NCBI GenBank assembly: GCA_012295275.1
Contig: CM022665.1
Span: 10,664,001-10,728,000 of the forward strand
DNA: 64,000 bases
Origin: Chrysomallon squamiferum
Lineage: Eukaryota; Animalia; Mollusca
Reading direction: 5' to 3'
A program made the position numbers and the translations under genes. Shown here one piece after another: positions 48,182 to 64,000 of this stretch (positions within the stretch are counted from its first letter, which is position 1; every line of letters starts with the position of its first letter). The notes under the pieces were generated by a model. That model was given only the letters and a program-made list of their open reading frames with translations, ran no database searches and was not told the DNA's origin.

Positions 48182-48359
48182 TTTTAAAATATTTGTCTTC
48201 TCACCTTGGGTACGGAAACAAACTTTTATCTTCGGGCATACAAATTTCGGACTTTTCTGGCCAGGAAGACATGGGTGGCAGATCTTTGTAAAAGTCGCAT
48301 ATTGGAACGGGAATTTTCTTTCTCGAAGCAGAGAAGAAACCAGCAAATCCACTTCGTCC
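48182..48359 (-). pseudogene. Truncated near-identical copy of exon 2 of cystine-knot gene B (52260-52437)
   Basis: Same orientation, ~178 nt with three substitutions that I could see. Donor retained; the signal-peptide part and the acceptor are missing. Confidence 0.88.
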
Positions 48360-49304
48360 AGAATATACCAAATACAATAAAATGAAATAAATGAATGATT
48401 ATATATGAAAGCACACTAGCATCAAACTATTAATATCTAATATTACTTATATATAGTTCTGATAATATTAATAAAAACGATATTTACGAACTCGACAACA
48501 AAAAATAGGTAAATAAATAAAAATATAAAAAAATACCTTGGTTATCAAAGCATTTATTTATTTATTCACTTAATTCTGTATCTAACACGCACACACATTG
48601 TCTAATGTGCTTTGTTTCGTTCAGTTTTAAAGCTAATTATCTTGTACTGGGTTGTTTTCTGCTAAATATTTATTACCATCATATTTTAAAAACATTTATT
48701 TAAAACAGGTGCGTTCAGATATGTATATTAAAAAATACTTCTAGAACAATGCACCTTTGAAAATATTTTAAAATATTATCGTACTTTTTATTGAATTAAT
48801 TCGTAAAATCTTCGGATTCATAAATATTTACAGGTATATTGGGTTTTTCCTGTAAGCTATGACATGACGTGCTGTTATTGGATTTTTGATAGTAGTCTGT
48901 AAGTAATTTTACCAATGTCAAAGTTGGGGCGATTGTAAAGTATTGGGAAAGTTATTTTATCTGTATATTTACATTTGTCCGATTCAGCGTTTATTCCAAA
49001 TTGTTTTTGTGTTTGTGATATCTGAATCCAAAAGGCTTATCGTTCGAGTCTTTTGCGGCTTTTGAATCGAGAACTGGGGTTCACTTTATTGTGATTATTC
49101 CAGTATGTTACCAGGCAGATTAAAATGTTTATGAGAAACAGTTGTAACTTTTTCTTGGCCGACTTAGTGTTTGTTTGTTTGTTTTTGTTTTTTTTTTAAT
49201 TTTGTTTTGTTTTGTGTTTTGGCGAGGGGTGTTGTTGTTTTTTTATCGGATTTTATATTCAGTTTTGGTTTGTTCCCTATTAATGCATGTTTGTATGTAG
49301 TTTA

Positions 49305-49462
49305 AGATTTTGAATATTCTCTGTCTAAAATATACGTTTGACTGACTCCGCACATAGGCAATATTTGGGAACGCTCTGGTGCAGTAGGACACAGTCCAAT
49401 CACGGCGAGACTCGAACTCATTCGCCAGCACTCCGAAGGCGGACGACATTACCACTCGACCA
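49305..49462 (-). mobile_element. tRNA-derived SINE, copy 2 (internally deleted)
   Basis: Homologous to 43412-43620; A box TGGTCGAGTGG and B box GTTCGAGTC on the minus strand. Confidence 0.7.
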
Positions 49463-49556
49463 TCAATAACCGAGGCTAATCATCGCTTCCCACGAAGCAC
49501 GCCGTCCTTTTAGCTTGCATCTATTTGTATGTTTGTATGACTATGTATATATGTAC

Positions 49557-49612
<56 letters not shown>

Positions 49613-50547
49613 GTGTGTGTGTAAGTGTGTGTTTTGTGTGTGTATTTATGAATACATGAATGCCTGTTTTGTGTGTTTCTCTTTGTACCTGACTGTATAT
49701 ACTATACATATTTGTGTGTGAATCTTCTTCTTTTTTTTTCTCACTAATTTCCATGAGTGAATCCGTGTATGTGTATCTGTCTGTGCGTGTGAATCTAGTC
49801 ATGTATGTAAATATGTATTTGCGTTTAAAATGTCCGAACGTTTCTACTGCGAAATTTTATTTTGAATATATCCAAAACTAAAATCCATTTCATAACCATA
49901 ACAATACATGGTATCGTTCTAACGTAGTAACAACACAAGCATATGATTGAATAAAGATAGTTTTATTGTATAACAATAGTCAGCTGACTACAACTGTTTT
50001 TGTAATCTCATTTTCTATCTCTCGTAATAGGTAAAATTACTTAAACAAACAGATACATAAATACAATATTAACATTTATGACAAAAAATATCTACAGGCG
50101 TGCGTTCAAAATATTTTGTACAATAAATGATATATACAATGGAATTTGTGCGTTTCGATTATGAGACGACTGGTCGAGAGATTTGTACGTTTGAATTATT
50201 TTCGTTAGATTACAAAATATTTGTTTTATCGGCAACGATTTGCTGAATTAAAAAAAATTTCAGTTATTTGAAATGATTTGCAAAATACATTTTGGGTCCG
50301 AGATATCTGCATTAGTTTGAAAAATATTTCACTTATTGGCAACGATTTACAAAATGAAATTGTAAGTTATTTGAAAAGGTGTACAAAATAAACTGCTTTT
50401 TTGACTCATCAGAAATTATTTACTGTAAAAATTAAAGTCTTCTCTCGTTTATTATGTATTTAAAGTAATATAAATATACGGTTCATACATGACACTGTAG
50501 TGATTCTTTCCTTTGGATCAAGCGTGATGGACCAAAACGTCGGACCG

Positions 50548-52191
50548 TTATGCAAACTTGAGACAGCTGTATCTTTTGCAGCTGCAGCCACGTGGCACTT
50601 TGATCTGGGTAGGCGTGCACTGACTCATGATGTCCCAGGGACAGAAAACCAGAGCTGTCTTCTCGATGTACCCGTCGGGAATACAAAAGTGGTTGGCAAG
50701 TGTTGTCGTGTCCATGGTGCAGTTAGATCTACAGTGGAAAATAATATAATAATAATAATAATAATAATAATTCGTCTTTAGAAGGCTTGTCCATAAAAAA
50801 AAAGCAACAGTTAAACAAACGAATAATAAATAAATAAATAAATAAATAAATTAATAAATAAATAAATAAATAAATAAAGTCATCTATCATTAAATATTCT
50901 CAGTGATCTAATATTAGTTCACGCCCCCATCCCCGCCCCAAATAAGTTTTTAATTATTATTTTACTGCCTAAGCAGTCGTCTGCTAGTGTATGAATGTTT
51001 TGTGTGTTGGAGAGCCAATACAATGTCATGGCAAACAACTGTTACAAGACTGAGTAACTTTTTATGTATAAACATGGAAACTTATATTTTATAATAATCA
51101 ATCTTTTACTATAAAGCGAAATAAAGCGGGATTCATTACCTGCAAACTGCCATCTGGATATTCTGCTGTTCTGGGTCCACAACGTAACAGACGTCTTTGC
51201 GGGGAGGGTTGCTGTAACGGTTAAATCTCCACACTTTGTCAACAAGAACTGTATCAAACTGACACACGTCCTGGTAGCGGTACGATGCGTATTTTCTGAG
51301 GGTGGAAAAAAAAAGAAAAAAGAAGAAGAATAAAATACAAGTTATGTTTTAAAAGTCTACTATATTATATAATGTTTAAACTGATTATTGTTGTTGTTGT
51401 TGTTGTTGATTATTATGATTGTTACTGTTACTATTCTTGTTGTTGTTATTTATTATTGTTATTATCGTTATTATTATTATCATCATCATCATCATCATTA
51501 TCATTACTTCTACTACTTCTACTATTATTACCAATATTTTGTTTTTGTTTTTAATGTACTTTACATTTATTGATTTTAAAACATTTATTTAACTGAAAAA
51601 GTGATCAAAATAAATTAATTAATTAATAATTTTTTTTTATATTTTTTTTAAAGATTACGCTTCAAAAACTAAGTAGAAGTAAACAAACGAACGAATGAAC
51701 GAACAAACAAACAAACTAACTAATTAACTAACAAATAAACAAACAAACAAATAAATAAATAAATTCAATATAACTCACCCATATGATGCTATGTTAGGCA
51801 TGGTATTGTAACACTGAGTCAAATATGATAAAAACACTCCTGCATCCGGGTCAGCAGCCATTGCCCTTTCAACCAAAGTGCTGAAAGAATCAGTAAACAC
51901 AACTTAGTTCACAATTCTGTTCATTTGTTTTTTGCGTATCATTTATATAGTCGAACACTTTATTACTAACTTCTTTTTTTTTTCTTCTTCTTTTTTTTTT
52001 TTTTTTTTTTTTTTTTTTCAGTCGGTAATTTATATGTATAATTATAGTCGTATTATTTTTGTTATTACTACGTTTGGTATTATAACAGTAGTATATATTA
52101 TTATTATCATTATCATTATTATTATCCTCATCATCATCCTCATCATTATCATTATTATTATTACGTTTTATTATCATCATTATTATTACTG

Positions 52192-52241
<50 letters not shown>

Positions 52242-52834
52242 GTTATTACGTTAAACTGATTTTAAAATATTTGTCTTCTCACCTTGGGTACGGAAACAAA
52301 CTTTTATCTTCGGGCATACAAATTTCTGACTTTTCCGGCCAGGAAGACATGGGTGGCAGATCTTTGTAAAAGTCGCATATTGGAACGGGAATTTTCTTTC
52401 TCAAAGCAGAGAAGAAACCAGCAAATCCACTTCGTCCTCGACCTCGATTTCTTGAAAACATGCCGAACTTGGAACCTAATGCCCAGTTACAAGGAACCGC
52501 CAAGGCGATGACAAGAATGCATATTTTAAGCCACTGTAAAATAAACAAAATATATATTTTTATATTCTCTTATACAAAAATAACTTAATATATCTTTAAA
52601 GAACAGATTGAGAATCATTGTACAGAAGAAAATTAACAGATGTTTTATATAGTATGAACTCGCATATATATAACAGACATAAACGCATCGTATGCATGAA
52701 AATATCCATTTTAAAATTTTTATTTATTTTTTAAATTTATTTATTTATTTATTTGTTTTTGCTTACGTTAGTTTGTTTCTTTCGTTTTATCCTTATTATT
52801 GTTATTATTATTATTTTATATTATTATTATTATT

Positions 52835-52870
<36 letters not shown>

Positions 52871-53027
52871 GAACTAAATTCATACATATATTTATAATCA
52901 CCGTAAGCCAATATTTGTTGTGAGAGCTACCCAATTTACAGTATAGATGAAATATATTGCACCTTTACACGCAGAGATTTTACATTAACATTATTTTGAA
53001 ATTTACCAGTTTTATTATAAATGTTAT

Positions 53028-53097
<70 letters not shown>

Positions 53098-53231
53098 GAT
53101 GTAGTTTTTATTGTTATTGTTGTTACGCTTATAAAGAAAATACAAAAACAAAAATATGCATTAAAATGTTCTATACGGCTTTCCAGATTTTATCATCATC
53201 GTTGTCGTCGTCGTCGTCGTTGTTGTTGTTG

Positions 53232-53287
<56 letters not shown>

Positions 53288-53417
53288 AATATTAAAATAT
53301 TCTATTTTCTTAGCCGATAGTAAAAAAACATCGTAAAATTATCAAGACACATAATCATTATTTTGACCAAATTAATAATGTTATTTTTTTAACAAACAGA
53401 AAACTTCAACTCACCAT
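50548..53417 (-). CDS. Secreted Spaetzle/neurotrophin-like cystine-knot protein B, 230 aa; exons 53417-53415, 52533-52283, 51880-51779, 51295-51140, 50728-50548
   Basis: Signal MWLKICILVIALAVPCNWALG; pro-region C..YPSTLVERA. C-terminal domain VC..VCYVV..QQNIQMAVCRSNC..FCIPDGYIEKTALVFCP..QC..IKVPRGCSCKRYSC. Same exon structure and phases as gene A. Confidence 0.82.
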
Positions 53418-53477
53418 GTTGTACAACGAAAGTTTTGTAAGTAAAGACAGCGATAGAAAACTACCACCATGGGTCTA

Positions 53478-53561
53478 GTTATATAGTTTACGACTCCTCA
53501 CTAGCCTTCACCTTCTGAACCAATCGGTGCAAAGGTCGGCGAGGACTCCCGAATGACGTCA
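53478..53561 (-). promoter_or_regulatory. Promoter of gene B: TATA box and perfect CRE
   Basis: CTATATAA on the minus strand at ~53487-53479, CCAAT on + at 53520, palindromic TGACGTCA at 53554-53561. Confidence 0.5.
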
Positions 53562-53904
53562 CTAATGTAATAATAAATCCTGTGGTAGTTTCCGTATACG
53601 ATGCTACCCATTAATCGAGAGCGTGTAAAAGGATGTATATGCAGTTTTTATGTGACTATGACCGATGTCATTGTTATGATAACTGATGTGTGGCCTTGAA
53701 TTCGTTTTCTGTCAATTAACCTGATTGTTTGTGTGTTCAGGTGCGAACCCAGTGCAAAAAAAAATTTAATTTTTTTTTTTTTAAAAGTGGGGGTAGATAG
53801 GTATGTTACCAAGTCTACTGTCTTGTTGTTTTACTAAATAATATTTTAAAATGAAATTATAATTTACACGTTATTAGGGTTTTAGAGTAAAGGATAGAGT
53901 AAAG

Positions 53905-53934
<30 letters not shown>

Positions 53935-53939
<5 letters not shown>

Positions 53940-53999
53940 ATGATTTTTTTTTTCATTTATTTTATTTTATTTATTTATTTTATTTTTTATTATTATTAT

Positions 54000-54035
<36 letters not shown>

Positions 54036-54705
54036 CAAATCGTTTCGCTATAATGAATTTACCTTGCTACGTTATCAGGGTTTAAAAGAAACAAAAAACA
54101 TTTTCATATGATCTACAGATTACAGATTTCTGTTTTTCACTTCTTTACTTTTTAACGATTATATTACATTACCACAGACACAAATAAACAATAATACACA
54201 AAATCTTGAATCAATGCACGTTATATTTATTCACACAATTCAAACAGTACAATCATAATTATGGTCATAAAAATATATAAATATATATGTATGTAAAAAT
54301 ATAAAAAAAACAAACAAAAAAAAATCATATATTTAAGTATTCGTTTTATAAAATAAATTGCATCTTGGTAAAATGATAATTATGTCAGTGTAGTGCTGCT
54401 TAAGATATATTTTGGTGAAATAGCTAAAATTAATACATGTTAAATGCGTTTTAAATCAAGGTATGGATTCAAGACGTACAGTGGCGAAGTATCGTTAAAC
54501 AATATTGATAAGTATTTCATCTCCTCACAGAAGCAATATCTAACACAGAAAAAATAATAAATAAAAATAAATAAATAAAAATTAATAAATTAAAATAGTG
54601 AATAAATAAATAAAATGATAATAATAAATAAATAAAATAAAAATTCATAATAATTAAAAAAATAAATGGATGATTTTTTTTTTTTCATTTATTTGATTTT
54701 ATTGA

Positions 54706-54742
<37 letters not shown>

Positions 54743-54835
54743 TTTTTTTTTTTTTTTTTTTTTTCAAAATTGTTTCAGTATATTGAATTTACCTTACTAC
54801 ATTATCAGGGTTTAAAACAAACAAAAAACATTTAA
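53935..54835 (+). repeat. ~170-bp direct repeat pair (53935-54105 and 54665-54835)
   Basis: Both copies read ATGATTTTTTT..TTCATTTATT..polyT..CAAA..GTTTC..TGAATTTACCTT.CTAC.TTATCAGGGTTTAAAA.AAACAAAAAACATTT. Confidence 0.75.
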
Positions 54836-54876
<41 letters not shown>

Positions 54877-55420
54877 TAATAATAATAATAATAATAACAA
54901 TAATAATAATAATACGTTCAGAGATTACAGCACAGCTTGTACAATTACTCCACTTCGTGGTACATTTCTTTTTAAATCCAGTTCCAAACAGTGTTCGAAA
55001 CCTTGTTTATCAAAGACAGTAGTTTGTGATTTTGTTGCATATAAACGATCTTTTGTTGTTAGTGAAAGTAACATATAAAACAGCGGCCGGTCGTCTTTTC
55101 TTCCGTGCCATCATTTAAAAAAAATCACCCATACACTTGATATTAAACAATCAGTAACATTCGTATGTACTGAGATTTCATTACACAAACAACTATTTAT
55201 TCACCGACAGTTTAAAATTACCAGGCCTGGCAAAACACGAAATACATACCAAGGGAACTAACTCACTCATAAAAGTTTCAGAACATGTAAAAAGTTACAG
55301 TTCCTTAGTTGATAATTACAACAAGGCTAGGACTGAACACATTAATTCTGAAAACGTATAAGCCTTTATGAAAATCGATAAATATAAATATAATATTTTT
55401 TTAAAAAGAGTAATAATAAT

Positions 55421-55454
<34 letters not shown>

Positions 55455-55999
55455 GTAATAATACTAATAAAATTTTTAAAAATATATAGCTTGGCTTGTA
55501 ACTTACTTTTTCGAATGAAAATAGATCTTTCCTTACTGTAAATGTTGTTTAGTTTATTAACATAGCACATACTTAGTACTATTTTTTACACTGTTGAAGT
55601 CACTAAACTTCATAAGAATCCTACAGTATAGCAAACTAAACATACCATTTACATGATACAAGTGTGTAAAGCATTCAGTATTCAGTTACCTCATTATACA
55701 ACAGTACATTTGTTAACAAGAATTTCCCTAATACAAAATACAGCTTGTTTTTCTGAAACGTAGAGCCGTTAAGGCCCAAAATATAAATAACATATGTTTC
55801 TGAATATGACCTTAATGTTTTTTGACACTTGCAAATGCACAGCTTAGAATTATTCATTAAAAAAAACAAAAGACAGATAATAATAATAATAAAAATAATA
55901 ATAATAAAAAATGATGGTGATAATAATAACAATAACATGTATGCCAATAATAATAATAGTAGTAGTAGTAGTTATTGTTGTTGTTGTTGTTGTGGCAGC

Positions 56000-56040
<41 letters not shown>

Positions 56041-56642
56041 ATGTAATAACTGACAAGGATGAATCCAGAATTTCAGAAAAAAAGGATATGTTATCAGTAT
56101 AATATTTACCTGTGTTTGTGAGTTTTGGTGTATGTGGGTGTGAGTACATATAAACATACACAAACATACAGATACATACTGCTGGATATGAAGTATTGTG
56201 GATATGCAATCCCTGTTACAACCACATTATGTGGAAAATAAAGATGAAGACTGATTAAGTCAGTGGTAAATGATTGCACATATCCAGGAATTGATGAAGT
56301 TATGATCTGGTTTCTTTGATAAATCCCTGTCAGTTTTTCTTAGATCATTGGAAGAACAAAACAAACAAACAAAAAGAATAATAATAATAATAAAATTAAA
56401 CTGAAAAAAATTGTTATATAACAAGGACACTTGATTTTACAAACAATAATCTCTCTTATCAAAAATTACACTCTTCAGTTAAGAAAGAAAAAAAAAACCC
56501 ACTCATACAAAAAAAAAAAAAAAAAAAAAAAAAATTCACCATAAACTAAGAAATTACCAGTCAAATAGAAAACAAATGTTAATGAAATATACCTGTACGA
56601 ACAAATCATTTAATAAAATAAAATAAATAAATAAATAGATAA

Positions 56643-56687
<45 letters not shown>

Positions 56688-56918
56688 TTAGAAAAAATAA
56701 ATAATAGTAAAACAACATAAACTGGAAATATTCAGATTACATATTTAAAATTTTGTTTGTCTCATCAAAGGTGCACTTTGCTTTTGGTTTCGCCTGTTTG
56801 GTTGTTTTTATCCATCCTTACTTCACAGAAGCGATATATAATTAAGTAAATTCTAAGTTAAGTAATATGAAAATTCATTTTAAAAACTGCATTTTAAAGC
56901 ACTAGCAAAACTGACACA

Positions 56919-64000
<7,082 letters not shown>

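Noticed and set aside
50500-50781. + strand 93-aa ORF and - strand ORFs 50483-50686 and 51042-51257
   Set aside because: Wrong-frame or antisense shadows of gene B exons 4-5.

Overview
AT-rich, microsatellite-dense eukaryotic (animal) genomic DNA with spliceosomal GT-AG introns. Gene content and style suggest a lophotrochozoan, probably a mollusc (inference). Most listed ORFs are simple-repeat artefacts. Splicing by hand gives eight genes: FAM89A-like (-), HHIP-like (+), a 146-aa single-pass membrane protein (+), a 15-exon Sib/'integrin beta-like' type I membrane protein (+), a secreted GH3 beta-xylosidase-like gene (-), a convergent pair of paralogous secreted Spaetzle/neurotrophin-like cystine-knot genes (+/-), and the 3' part of an SLC22 transporter (-). 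There are also two partial gene duplicates, an orphan Walker-A exon, an Academ-like transposon relic, several MITEs and two tRNA-derived SINE copies. The most interesting items are the cystine-knot cytokine pair, a frame-restoring 23-nt GT..AG insertion in the GH3 MCSYN motif, and intronic minisatellites built from copies of the adjacent splice sites. Family assignments come from remembered motifs, not database searches.
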